DNA of 64,000 bases from the human T2T-CHM13v2.0 reference genome, Homo sapiens, in assembly GCF_009914755.1 (NCBI RefSeq), contig NC_060930.1; one strand, 5' to 3'. The first letter of the stretch is position 1, and every line of letters begins with the position of its first letter. The notes below the pieces were generated by a model, which saw only the letters and a list, made by a program, of their open reading frames with translations, had not been told where the DNA came from and made no database searches. The position numbers and the translations under genes are program-made. Of this stretch, positions 33,287-46,635 are shown one piece after another.

Positions 33287-33532
33287 AAATTATAGTAACT
33301 GTATAGATTCATTTGGGGATAATTGATATTTAATAAAATTAGGGCTTCTTGTTCCAAAACAGTGTATCTTTTCTCATCTGTTCAAATCTTACTTGACAAA
33401 TTTTGCTTATATATATCTAATATCTTTGACATTACTAATTTAGATCCAAAACTATAAAACTATAGATGAAAAGAAAAGAGTAAACCTTTTGAACTTGGCT
33501 TAGGCAATGGTTTTTTATTTCATGTTTAATTA

Positions 33533-33855
33533 TAGACATGTATATATTCTGAGAAATGTGATTTTGTCATTGTGGGAGCATCTTAGAGTGTACTCACACA
33601 AACCTAGATGGTACAGCCTATTACTTTCCTAGGCTGTATGGTATAGCCTATTGCTCCTAGGCTATAAACCTGTACAGCATGTGACTATACTGAAGACTGT
33701 AAGCAATGGGAACACAACATTAAGTGTTTGTGTATGTAAACATATCTAAACATAGAAAAGGTAGGATAAAAATATGGTATTAAAATCTTATGGGACCACC
33801 ATTGTATATGTGGCCCATTATCAGCCGAAATGCCATTATGTGGTGTATAACTGTA
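33533..33855. mobile_element. Tigger3 (MER7/Golem)-type fragment
   Basis: gagtgtactcacacaaacctagatggtacagcct..ctcctaggctataaacctgtacagcatgtgact. Confidence 0.8.
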
Positions 33856-35588
33856 TTGGAAAATAGAATTTTCTTCCGACTTTTTCTGGACTGGTCTCTT
33901 TGTATGTAATTAGCCACCTTCTGTAATATTTTTGTGTTGTTTGTTATATGTTTCAATTGATTTGCTCCTGTTTTATAGCAAGATCATATCATGCGTGATT
34001 ACATTAATAGACTTCCTGATACTAATTTTTTTTCCATCAATATTCCTATGTGTGATTGGCCTGGAGTTTTCTTCTATTATCTTAAACAGATTTTTATATG
34101 AATGCAGGGAAACTTCATTTACAAAAAAGAATTGGGATGTTGTCTTATTTGTACTTGCTCCAAAAAGTTTAAATAGGTTTGGGGGTTATTTAATCCTTAC
34201 AGATTTAGGTCTCTGTGAGGCCATCTGAGCTTTTCTGGGTGTGTATATGTGTGTGCACACACCCCAGTTTGGTTAGCTCTTTGACAGATGTCTTAATTCC
34301 TCTTACGGTAATTAGTCTGTCATTTTTTTCTCTTCTGAGGTTGGTTTCACAATTTACACTTTCCTAGAAAAATCACCTATTAGAAATGTGCATGCACTGA
34401 GTCGAGCACACACCTGCACTGGCCTTCACTGGTATGCCACCACGTGCGCCTCTGGTGAAAGCTTCACTGACTTAGTGGCTATCTTGGACCCGGGACGATC
34501 TGTGCTCCTCCTGCTGCTACCTACAGTGGGGTCCTCATTGGCAGCTGGGCAGGAGGTGATCCAGCTCCAAATTCCCATCTCAGCATCAATGTTTTTTGGT
34601 TATCAGACCCTCCTTTAAATGCACGGGAGTCAGTATACCTTTAAAATAACACCGGCTGGTGCTGCTTCTTCTCTCCCCCTCATTTGGCTTCCTTAGAGTG
34701 GAAGCAGGGCGGGAGCCTTAGACAGTGTAAGATGGCTCTAGTTTACCTGATTAGTCCTGTGAGCTGGCACAGGCTCTCCCCGGGGTCTGTATTTGGGGGT
34801 GGTGGGGGCAGTAGAGCTGATCATCTCATCTCACTCTGGACACGCTTGGGAACTATGCAGGAGGTAGAAATCCTAAGACTGAGCTCATCATGGCAATCCC
34901 ATTCTCCTCGTAGGTGGCTGGTTCAAGGGAGGGCATGTATCCCTATTCTGGCCAATGGGACTTGAGAAGATGTCCTTGGGGCGACTTCTGCACAATGATC
35001 AGCAGCCCCTGTTCTGTCTACACAATGTGTCAGTGGTTGCTACAGCCATCTTGCAGCCAGTCTCAGGATGAAACCAACACATGAAGCCATGAAAATCACA
35101 GAAATGAGCTGACGTCCTGATGGGCCTAGAGCTGCCCTCCTTGGGTGCTTCTTATGTGACATATTAAGCCCCTTATTAGTTGTATCAATGCCAATTAGGA
35201 TTTTCTACCACTTGCAGCTGAAGACATCCTAAGGACTATACTTGTAAGTGGATTCTAAGTGCAGCTATTTCTGTTTCAGATTCAGCTAGGTCACCACTAT
35301 AGCAGATGCCCACTTCTCTGACCCGCCGAAGGAAGATCGCTATGTGGGAATTGTAAAAGAGATTTCCAAAAAGCAGTTTTGTAACTTTTGGCCACGTGTC
35401 TATCCAAGAGTATCAAAGAGTTGAGGCAGTTATCCAGGAGGTCTGAAATCACAGAAGGTGTTTGGAGAGCGTGCTTAGCACTCTGTGACTTCTGCTCACA
35501 CTTCGTGGGGAAGGGATGGAGATGCCTCCTCCCTTTCCCTCACTTCCAGGCCAGGGAGGGGAGCTTTAATGGGATCTCAAGGAGCTAG

Positions 35589-35713
35589 ACATTTAATTCA
35601 CAGAGCCGAAGGGGCATGGTGGACTGATGTTTGATTCATGCCTAAAAATTCTAAAGGGTATGAGAATGTGATTGTGGATGGCCTGGACTCATGGACAGAG
35701 TTCCACAGAGCAG
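35589..35713 (+). pseudogene. Tentative upstream exon remnant of the enoyl-CoA hydratase pseudogene
   Basis: ACAGAG(C)CGAAGGGGC reads T-E-R-R-G with a 1-nt insertion. It ends EFHRA-G at a strong phase-1 donor, CAG|GTATGT, compatible with the 38822 exon. The middle is very degraded and the acceptor is poor. Confidence 0.3.
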
Positions 35714-35764
35714 GTATGTACCTGGCCTTGTGATAGCTCCTGTGGGGTTACTTTAGATGCTGCC

Positions 35765-36400
35765 TCATATGGGCTAAATTGTGCTCCCTCCATCACTAAA
35801 TTCATGCGTCGAAGCCCTAAACCCTAGAACTTCAGAATGTGACTGTTTGGAGATAGGGTCTTTAAAGAGGTAATTAGGTTAAAAAGAGGTCATTAGGGTG
35901 GGTCATAATTTAATATGACTGGTGTCCTTACAACAAGAGGGAAATCAGGACACAGAAATGTGCATGCACAGTGGGAAGACCATGTGAAGACATGGAAAGA
36001 AGACAAGCTAAGGTGTATTAGCTTGGGCTGCAATAACAGAATAGCACAGACTGCATGACTTCAACAACAGAAGTGTATTTTCTCACAGTTCTGGAGGCTG
36101 GAAGTCCAAGATCAAGGTGACAGCTGAGTTGGTTTCTGGTGAGATATCTCCTCCTGTCCTGCAGATGACTGCCTTCTCACTGTGTCCTCATTTGGCCTTT
36201 TCTCTTTGTTGTGTGGAGATAGAGAGAGCCCTGGTGTCTCTTCCTCTTCTTATAAGGAAACCAGTCTTATTGGATTAGGGCCCCATACATATAACCTTGT
36301 TTAGCCTTAATTACCTCCACAAAGGGCCTGTCTCCAAACACAGTCACATTGCGGGTTAGAGCTGCAACCTATGAATTTTGAAGGGGTAAAATTCAGTCCA
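35765..36400. mobile_element. Two MLT1A/B-type MaLR LTR pieces in opposite orientation
   Basis: cagaatgtgactgtttggagatagggtctttaaagagg (35765-36010); tgtattag..cacagttctggaggctggaagtccaagatc (36013-36400). Confidence 0.75.
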
Positions 36401-36401
36401 A

Positions 36402-36790
<389 letters not shown>

Positions 36791-36833
36791 TCACAGAAGG
36801 TAAGAGTAGGGCACATTTTTATGCTACCCCGAG

Positions 36834-37051
36834 GCAGGGATTCTCAAATGTGGACATGGCTAACATTTGGGGAGATTATTCTTTGTGCTGGGGGCAGCTC
36901 TGCGTTGTAGGATGTTTAGCAGCTTCCCTGGCCTCTTCCCACTAGACGCCGTAGCACACTCCACTCTACCCAGTTATAACAACCAACTATATCTCTGGAC
37001 ATTACCAAATGTCCTCCTGGGGGCAGAATTGCCCCTGGTTGACAGCCACTG
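36834..37051. mobile_element. MER20 (hAT-Charlie)
   Basis: cagggattctcaa...acatttggggagattattctttgtgctgggg...aattgcccctggttgacagccactg. Confidence 0.8.
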
Positions 37052-37534
37052 TTTTAAGGAGGCAGAGGTTAAGAAACAGAGGTTTGGGCTTTACTTTTAA
37101 CTCCATGTTTTTGCAGTGTGTCAATTTTTTGCAGAATACAAGTATTTCTTCTGTTTAAAAAATTAGGAAAAAAAGGAGTAATAATTTGGTCAAATGCTGT
37201 AAGCATTTGCAGGTGGCCCAGAGGTGCTGTTGGTGACCTGTGGCATGTTCAGAGGTATGGTGGGGAGATGACACCAGGTGACCAGGATTCAAAAGGGCCG
37301 GGAGAGAGAGGAAGCTGAGGTGGTGGAGGCCCAGCATTCGACAAGGAGAGAGGCGAGGAAAAAGCAGAAATAAATGAGTGATCATAAAGCTTCTCAAATA
37401 CTACCATTTTCCCTAATTTTAAAATCCCAAAGAAAGGCTTTTCTCAATTTGCTTTATATAAGACAATTTTGGAAACATCTGAAGTTTGGCAGCAATTCCA
37501 GGAGAATTTGGCTCTGCAAATCCCAGTAGCTAAT

Positions 37535-37965
37535 TGTACTACTGTTTGCCAGGGCCACAGACTAGGGTCGTTACACAGGACTTTATTTCTTCCCCGTTCC
37601 GGAGGCTGGAAGTCCAAGATCCAGGTGCCGGGAGGCTGGAAGTCCAAGATCCAGGTGCCGGGAGGCTGGAAGTCCAAGATCCAGGTGCTGGCAGGGTTGG
37701 TTCCTCCTGGGGCCACTCTCCTGAGCTGTAGATGCCATCTTCTCCCTGTGTCCCCACCTGGTCCTCCCTCTGTGTGTCTCCGGGTCCTAATTTCCTTTTC
37801 TTATAAGGACACCAGTGAGATTAGATTAAGTCCCACCCTAATGGCCTCACTTTCACTTAATTACCTCTTTTAGGGCTCCATCTTCAAATAGAGTCAAATT
37901 CTGAGGCACTGAAGGTTAAGATTTCAGCATATGAATTTTGGGGGGACATAATTCAGCCAATTGCA
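37535..37965. mobile_element. MLT1A/B-type MaLR LTR containing a 30-bp triplication
   Basis: MLT1 motifs; ends ggggggacataattcagccaattgca. Confidence 0.8.
37601..37690 (+). repeat. 3 x 30-bp tandem repeat GGAGGCTGGAAGTCCAAGATCCAGGTGCCG
   Basis: Direct inspection; the copies are identical apart from one base near the end of the third. Confidence 0.97.
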
Positions 37966-38821
37966 CTAGTGACCATCTCAGGGGTCTGTAGAGCCAGCTG
38001 GTTCCCTACAACCAGTGCTCCCCATCTCCATTACAGGAGCCACTGCAGGTAGCCCCAGGTCATGGTGGCCACCACGGACCACTGCCTTCAGCACCCTCCC
38101 TCCCTCCTCCATCTCTTCTGTCATCCCCCACAGTGACACACACATTACTCTCGTGGATCCTAAATGTGAATCGACTGCTCCTCATTCATCCTGGGTGTAC
38201 CCAACATCTTCGAGTCATCTCAGGGCCACTCCTATTTGTTGCTTCGATCTTTGGCTACTTGAACTTAAAGGGGTCAAATAAACAGACTTCAAAGCCATGG
38301 TGCATATAATAACGTTTGGAATTCAGGATGTAGACAGGGAACCTCCCTAAATGTCACAATTCTCTTAGCCCTATAGTAAGGCATGCCCCACATTAGAAAA
38401 TAACAGCTCAGAGGAGGTTTTTCCCTGGGGATAGCTATGTCTCTAGGAAAATGTCCCATTCACGATGAGTCACTGCTGAGAGAGCATCAGCTCATGTTTT
38501 TGGTAATTTACTAATAAAATGGTATCTCTATTAAATACATATATAGAAAGGTAAAAATAGATTGAGCATTTTCTAAATAGCTCTGGCTCAAGGTAAGGTG
38601 GTGAAGGAGTTGTTAGTTCTTTTGGAGCAAAATAAAGCTGCTCTTCCTTCATCCCCAACCACACTTCAACTTCATCCTAGGACAAACAAGAAATCCTCCA
38701 AAGAAAGAAAATGAAAATGCTGTTCTTGACTGGATTGCTTCAGAAATATGCTTGGACTTGAGAGTTCCAGCTTTTCTGGGATTCATTCTTACAGAGTCTA
38801 ACCCTTGTGGTTTTTTGGTAG

Positions 38822-38919
38822 GAGGCAATTTCTGTGCTGGTTATGATTTGAAGGAGCTGGCCCACAGCTCAACCTTGCTTAAATTGGAACAAGATGTCAC
38901 CAGTGGTCTTGCTCCCATA
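38822..38919 (+). pseudogene. Exon remnant of a crotonase/enoyl-CoA hydratase gene: (G)GNFCAGYDLKELAHSSTLLKLEQDVTSGLAPI
   Basis: CTAAC branch-like motif at 38798, T-rich tract, AG at 38820-21 and donor GTAGGT at 38920. The 98-nt exon (phase 1 to phase 0) is open and encodes the crotonase oxyanion-hole motif FCAGxDL. Confidence 0.85.
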
Positions 38920-40139
38920 GTAGGTACTAGAAAATAGATTCTTGATGGATGAATTTGAGGCCATTCCGGGAGACTCTTGTTAGTTTCCATGACTAGAAAT
39001 GACACCACCATTCTGTCATTGCGTTTCAAGTGCCTTGTACCACGCAGGGAGTGTGAGTTGTAGTGGGTGGTTTTTTTTTTCTTTTCAATTTTTTTTTATT
39101 TCAAGCAATGAAGGTAATGGCAAAGAATTTTTCATAAAAACAAGTGACAAATTTCACTCGAGTTACTGACACATAGAAGGAAAAAATTAGTTTTTGCTTT
39201 GAAGCTAACCAGAAACAAATGGGACTGTTTCTCCAAAGGAAAAGTTGGAGTTTAGTTATGATACATCCCCTCCCAGAAATCTAGGAAATTATACATACTG
39301 TACCCTCTGTTTATAAGAATATGAATAACATGATTGTGTGCACAGGGTCAATTGCAGTTCAGATGAGAATTTACCGCTGCTGAGCTGCAAATGGATAAAG
39401 ACAGAGAGAGCTGCTGTTAACCCCTTATTAACACAGCCCAAATGCCTTTCTTTAAAGGAAAACTTAGACCAAAAGCTCCTTGAGGCCAGGAAAGATGTCT
39501 TCAATATCTTTAGATATTTCCCCACCTCCAGTGCGGGTCCCGGTGGTTGGCACACAGTAGCTGTTCAAGTGAATGAACGAATCACTTTTGATCAAAAGAA
39601 GAAGCAGGGCTTGTTTTTCAAATTGAGAAATGGGAGTGGTTGTATTGTAGCTGCATTGTTGAGTCTCCTGTGTGCCACGTGATCCAGCAGGAGAATCATA
39701 ACCGGGCTGAGCCCACTCTCTCCCATGCTGACAGTGCTCTTAGCAGCCGCGGCCACAACACGACCTCAGTGACAGCAGCCACGGCGGGCCAGGATCTGTG
39801 CTAAGGGTTTTCCATGCCTCCGTTGCACGTACCCTAACAACCACCCAAGGAGGGGGTGTTGTCTTTGTATCCCAGAACGGTTAAGCAGCTTACTTGGGAT
39901 CACACAGTAAGTAGCGTGGCAAGAACTTGCACTCAAGCTTGTCTGAGTCCAAGAGCCACCCCAGCACACTGCTCACCATGGTCTTCCCAAAGGGATCGGG
40001 CTTATTCAGAAAGCCGATCAATTGGAAGGACCACGTAGTCACCGTAGAAGAGCTTGGGAAGAGTGTCAGGCAGTCTCAGGGGTATTTAGGGTCTCCAGGG
40101 TCCACTCCCTGGCATTCCTGGAGGGCTCTAGTGAAAGCG

Positions 40140-40510
40140 TGATTATCCCGGGCAGCCTTCAGCAGTGGAACAGCAGGGAACGCCAGGGTTAGGAAAAGCC
40201 GTGGGAGGGAGGAAGAAGCTGGAAGGGAGGGCATGCCCGCCTGAAGCCTGAGTAGCCTCGGGGTGTGCAGGGGTGGGGAGTGGTGTTTTGGACGCCGGCC
40301 TGGCCCCACCCTGCTGACTGCCCCTGTGGGAGGAGGGTGGGGCCGTGAAGGGAGGGTTGTTTATAAGCACCTCTGGCCTTTTAAAAACACCAGCTGATGG
40401 CGCCACTTCCTTCGCTTCTAGTGTAAGGCCCCTCGGAGTCAGTGTCACTCCAGCCACCTGCAGTCCCCAGCCCGGGCTGGGGCGGAAACGCAGGGCAGCA
40501 GAATGAGCGC
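40140..40510. promoter_or_regulatory. GC-rich candidate regulatory element with CTCF-like, ETS and GC-box motifs
   Basis: CCAGCTGATGGCGC (40390-40403), adjacent CACTTCC, GGGGCGG near 40479, locally raised CpG content. Confidence 0.35.
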
Positions 40511-40685
40511 GGGTTTTGAAATCCAGCTGTGATTTGGACCAGCTGTGGGCAGATTACTTAACAGCTCTGTATCCTTCTTGGGAGTAATAATACCCACCTT
40601 ATGCAGTTCTTGTGAGAATCAAAATGAGTCCAAGCATGTGAAATATTTAATGCCTGGCATTTGAGAAATGTTCAATAGTAGTTTC
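40490..40685. mobile_element. MIR
   Basis: gggcagattacttaac..ctgtatcct..taataatacccacctt..gttcttgtgagaatcaaaatgag. Confidence 0.6.
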
Positions 40686-40894
40686 TATTCCAAACTCGCC
40701 CATCCTCAGCCCACAGTCAGGGTGGCTGTTCCCCATTGTAACCCTCTTGAGTGCATTATGATATGCTCTAGGGTATGCTTGAGAGAGGATATGGGAATTT
40801 TCCTTCCACTCTTCACCTAGGTTTTTACATATGATCCTTATTTGTGGAGTGGTAGCAGTAAATCCTTGAGGGCATGCATGCCCACGGTTCCGCT

Positions 40895-41180
40895 CCATGT
40901 TTATTAAAGACCTACTATGTGCAGACACTGCTGGGGACAGAAAAATGAATATGACATAGCCCTGCCCTCAAGAACCTTATAGTCCAGCTGAAGAGATAGA
41001 CATACAAATAAGCAATTTAAATATTAGGCGTTAAATGCTGTGATGATGGTGTGTACAGAATGCTAAGACAGCACAGAGGAAGGACAATGAGCATAATCTT
41101 GGAGCTGAAGATAATGTCCCCAGGAGGGTACGGTCTGAGATGAGTCTTAAAGGACCCAGGAGAAGTTAGCCAAGGTGGTG
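40895..41180. mobile_element. L2 fragment
   Basis: tttattaaagacctactatgtgcagacactg..ccctgccctcaagaaccttatagtc. Confidence 0.65.
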
Positions 41181-41184
41181 ACCT

Positions 41185-41747
41185 TGGACTTATCCAATGA
41201 ACTAAGCTGGAACCGCATTTCCCAGAATTCCCTTCCCTGTGTGGCTCTGGGCTCAGACTGACCCCATGAGAAATGTGCACGAGGTCTGGAGGGTAGAAGG
41301 AAGGCAGCAGCTGTGTAGATGTTCCTTGTGTCAATGTGGAGCCGGGTAGCTCACGCTTGTTTTTGCAGATCCACAGACTTCCCTTGTTGAGGTGAGGCAG
41401 CGCCTTCGACGTCTCTGACTCCTAGGCCAGGTGTGTGTCTAGCTCCGTGATGGAAGGTGCCAGCTTCCCTTGTAAGTGACCAGCATGGGCTCTGCTTCAC
41501 CCTTCCGGGCTCCCAGCTTACCCAGGTGAGTTCTGGTTTGCTCTGGCTCTCCCCACTTCAAGCCTCTTTCCTTCCTAACTTCCTGCCCTGCTGACTTCAG
41601 GCCCAGAGCCAGATGCAGAAACAACAGATGTGTGTAAACTGTTGAACCAGCTCCTACGATTGCATGGGTGGGGGTGGGGAGTCAAATCCTGTAATAAATC
41701 CTTTGTTTGAGATCACATTGAATGATTCTACTTCTCTGGTTGAATCT
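41185..41747. mobile_element. MLT2-like ERVL LTR
   Basis: gcatttcccagaattcccttccctg ... aaatcctgtaataaatcc..ctacttctctggttgaatc. Confidence 0.55.
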
Positions 41748-41748
41748 C

Positions 41749-42053
<305 letters not shown>

Positions 42054-43162
42054 TGAATCTTGATGGATGGACCAGTTAAGGATGGCTGAGGAAAAAGGTC
42101 CACACAGGAGGAATAGAACGAGCAGAGTTATGAAAGGTGGGGCTCATGCAGGGAACCACAGGTGGCTTGGCATTTCTAGAAACAGAATGAGAAGCAGAGA
42201 GAGCAAGAAGAGGCTAGAGAGGGAGGAAATGGCTGGGCCGTGGAGGAACTGAATGGCATACTGAACGTTTGGCCAGTGCAAGATACAGCTGAATGAAGGA
42301 GGCTTCTGTATGCGTGGCGATGCTGCTGTGAAGTTTACGTGACCTGTTACGGTATTTGCTGTTCTCTGAATAATGTTCCACATGACAAATTTACTTCAGA
42401 ATACAGTCCTTTTAAAAATGTTGATTCCTTTCTACAGTCAGATAGCAAGAATTAGGTGATATATTCTATCAGGACAGGGTAGGTTATACTGTCTAATAAA
42501 TAAACCACCTATTTCAGTGGCTTCGTGATAAAGGGTTTGTCTTCCTCATGTCATGCTGGGCAGATGTTTTTCTTTGGTGACTCTTTATCAAGCAGTGTCT
42601 CAGGGCCCCAGGGTCCTTTTATCTCGTGACATTGCAAACTTAAATGTGTGGCCTTTGAGACTGCCAAGAAAATGAGATCGCAGATTGTGGACAATCTTGC
42701 CGGTCGGGGTGGGGTGGGTCACCGCTGGGCCTGAGTGTGGCTTCTGTAACTTCCAACAGGTCCTCACAAGTAGCACCCAGTCACCCGTCCCTAACTGCTA
42801 GCAGGCTGGGGAATGTGGGCTGGGAAAAGGAAAATAAAATGAGATCTGATAAATACATAGCATTGTATCTGCCGCTATTATCAGTTTGGAAGCTTTTCTT
42901 TACGGCTCCATCCCAGTAAAACAGTAACTGTGCTGGTGCATAGTTGAAATGTGTAGGCTTCCTTTTCCATTACACCATTTAGATCTTCTGTCCTTATTTC
43001 CATGCTTTTAGGTATTCAAAGACAAAAAACAACTTGAATTTTTCACATCACAAGTGAGTGCTTCTATTCTTCCATTTTAAACTACTCCTCTACTTCTATC
43101 TAGACGGGTGGCCCTAGCTTAACAAAGAACCTTTATATGAAAACACATGGTTGAAGGTTCTC

Positions 43163-43471
43163 TTTTTTCTTTTCTTTTCTTTTTTAATTGAGACAGAGTC
43201 TTGCTCTGTTGCCCAGGCTGGAGTGTGGTGGCATGATCTTGGCTCACTGAAACCTCCACCTCCTGGGTTCAAGCGATCCTCTTGCCTCAGCCTCCCACGT
43301 AGCTGGGATTACAAGTGCGTGCCACCACACCTAGCTAATTTTTGTATTTTTAGTAGAGACGGGGTTTCACCATGTTGGCCAGGCTGGTCTCGAACTCCTG
43401 ATCTGAAGTGATCCGCCCATCTCGGCCTCCCAAAGTGCTGGGATTACAGGCGTGAGCCACTGCACCTGGCC
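43163..43471 (-). mobile_element. Alu (AluSz-like)
   Basis: Alu consensus. Confidence 0.95.
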
Positions 43472-44102
43472 CCAAGATTCTCTTTCTAGAATGCTTTTCT
43501 TTTGTGCCCTGGGATGAATACTTGGGTTCCAGGATTGTTTGGATTACAGAATATTAGCTAATGAAAATGTAGAGTGGTTGCTTTTCATAATTATGCAAAT
43601 ATAGAGAGCAAAGAAGTTACAGGTGACCAAGCGCATCATCATCACCCTTCCTATGTCTGTTTGTCTTGAGTCTCCCCAGTCACAACTCATTTACAGGGAG
43701 GCCAGCACAGGCAGGATATTACTGGTGTTTTGATTCATGGTTTAGAATGTATTTCCCCTTAGACATAGGGTTACAAACAATGATTAGGTGTATCTGAAAG
43801 AGAACCACAAGTCTTATCATCTTCAGGCACATGATGGATTAAGCAGGTGAAATAAAACCATTTGTTACATTAACTGTGGCAATTGTATTACAAGTTCCAG
43901 ACAAAGAACCTAAACTTTTGGAAAAGGTGCTTTATTTATTTATTTTTTTCAATTTCCAAGAGGTTCTAATTGCAGATTTTCAGGCCATAATGTTTCAAAG
44001 ATCAAAACAATAATGTAAAATGCTTTGAATTATAAGATATTACACAAAAGATAATTCTGTTCTAATTTTTTGTAGAGAACCTCAGATTGAGCATTGTGAT
44101 AT

Positions 44103-44463
44103 TGTGATGGTTAATTTCATGTGTCAGCTTGGCTAGGCCACGGTACCCAGAGAGTTGGTCAAACAGCAGTCTAGATGTTGTTGTGAAGGTGTTTCATAAA
44201 TAGATTAACATTTAAATCAGTAGAGTATGATTAAAGCAGGTGACTGTCCATGACATGGGTGGGCCTCATCCTATGAGTTGAAGTCCTTAGGAGAAAAGAC
44301 TGAGGTTCCCCGAGGAAGAAGGATTTCTGTCTCTAGGCTGTCTTCAGACTCAAGCTGCACTGTTATTTCCTTTCTGGGTCTCCAGCCTGCTGGCCTTCCC
44401 TGCAGGCTTCAGACTTGCTAGACCCCGCAGCAGCGTGAGTCAATTCCTTAAAGTTATCTATCC

Positions 44464-44511
<48 letters not shown>

Positions 44512-44632
44512 AATATCATCTATCTATCTAACTATCTACCTACCTACCTATCTATCTATCCATCCACCTATCTACCTATCATTTTCCTACATTCTATTGG
44601 TTCTGTTTTTCTGGGGAATCGAAATAGAGACA
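44103..44632 (+). mobile_element. MLT2B-like ERVL LTR
   Basis: tgtgatggttaatttcatgtgtcagcttggctaggccac...ctattggttctgtttttctggggaatc. Confidence 0.85.
44466..44580 (+). repeat. (ATCT)n tetranucleotide STR with degenerate extension
   Basis: About 11 perfect units at 44466-44510. Confidence 0.95.
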
Positions 44633-45903
44633 TATTTTCGAGCAAAGGAAAACAGCCAATATTTACTAATTTGCATCTAAAAATATTAAAAATTATGCAT
44701 CCACATACAAAATGTTCTTTGAGAAACACAAATCCAATTGATGACGGAATTTGTTATTTCTTTGTCGTCAGCCATCTTCCATCTTCTCCTATTTTCTATA
44801 AGTCCTTTCTGGGGTCCCCCCTGCCCCCCACTTCTGGGTTCTTTGCTTGAGCGCACAGCAGGCAAACACTTTTCGATGGGAGAACCCATAGTCCAGTAAT
44901 GAATTTAGGACTGTTCACTTTCAAATCTATGGAGAGGATTATTCTCACTTCCTCCTAACTCTTATTTCACCTCTGATAAGGAATTCAGTTCATGTTAGGT
45001 ACACATTCAGTACCTTCCCAGAGACAAAGGAAATTGGTGCTAACAAATATTAAATAGCATTTAGGACACAAGCCAGTGGAAGAAATGAAAATTTAAAATA
45101 TGACTGACACCGTCTCTGACCTACCCCTCTCCATCCAAGTTTGGCTGGACTCCTGACGCTCTGTGTGATGTTCCATACTTGGGATATGGTTGGATATTTG
45201 AACAAGTAAGGTTGCACAAAGAATAAAATGTCAGCTTTCTGAAGGTGATTTGTATTGTGTGAGGTCATACCTCCTAATGAGGTACGTAGGAGAAACAATG
45301 TCCTGTGAAGAACTAACGCTGCTCATGTAGCTGTCCTTGTGGTGTGTCAAAAAGCGCTCATGTCTGTTGAAAGAGTCCAAATGAAACAAAAGTAAGAAAC
45401 AGTGAAGAATTACACATAATAGAGGTCAACTTGCAGATGTCCAGTCTAGGATACATTTTAGGAAGCGTTCCATTCTTTTCCTTATTATGTTGGAAGACAA
45501 TAAATCTGAGAAGATTAAAAATGAGGGGATGTGGGGGAGGCTAGATTAGGAGTTCAAATCATTCTTGCTACTCCTTCTCTTTCCTTGTTTTAGAAGCTGG
45601 GAAGATAGTGTATATCTTCTAAATTGAAATGGCCCATCATAAACCTCATAATGTTAGAAATTCAAGTCCTATTTATCATCCACATTAAAGACAAAAGATA
45701 TCGAGTATGCAGCTGTCACTTGGGCCAGTGTTAAAGAAGTTAAAAGTAAAAGCAGACGGCAATGTAGGCATTGACTTGTGTTTCAGAAGGCACAGGAAAG
45801 AACAATTAGGGGAATAAAAATGAAATTTGCCTATACAGAAGAAATATGGTTAGTTAAACCATAAACACTGAGTAACACTGAATCAGGGAATGAGGATCTC
45901 TAA

Positions 45904-46286
<383 letters not shown>

Positions 46287-46479
46287 AACTGTTTCAATTC
46301 ACATGTTTGTAAGGCAGGAGATATCCAGGGGTTCTTCTGGGTTCCCACCCCTGGAGCGCAGTGCCTGGGACCCAGGAGGCTCTCCATATATTGCTGAGAA
46401 ATCAATTCCTCAATAGATATTCTAAAATTAACATATCAAGGTTGTGCCTTAATACGCAATAGGATTGTCAGAATTAAGT

Positions 46480-46635
46480 CCTAGGGAACTTGTTCTTAGT
46501 CTCAGGTTTTTGCCTCTAATTGTGCGTCCTTGGGCAAGTCAGTAATCTCCCCAGGACTCAGTCTCCTCATCCGCACAATGAGGAGTGTCAATTAGATGGT
46601 CTTTATATTGTCTCTGGTACAAGCATTCTATGACT
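46480..46635. mobile_element. MIR
   Basis: ccttgggcaagtca..ctcagtctcctcatccgcacaatgagg. Confidence 0.65.

Noticed and set aside
37160-37350. SNAVS motif as a possible crotonase NAV exon
   Set aside because: The sequence matches L2 3'-region motifs.
37601-37690. CRISPR-like 30-bp direct repeats
   Set aside because: No spacers, and the context is a eukaryotic LTR; this is a simple tandem triplication.
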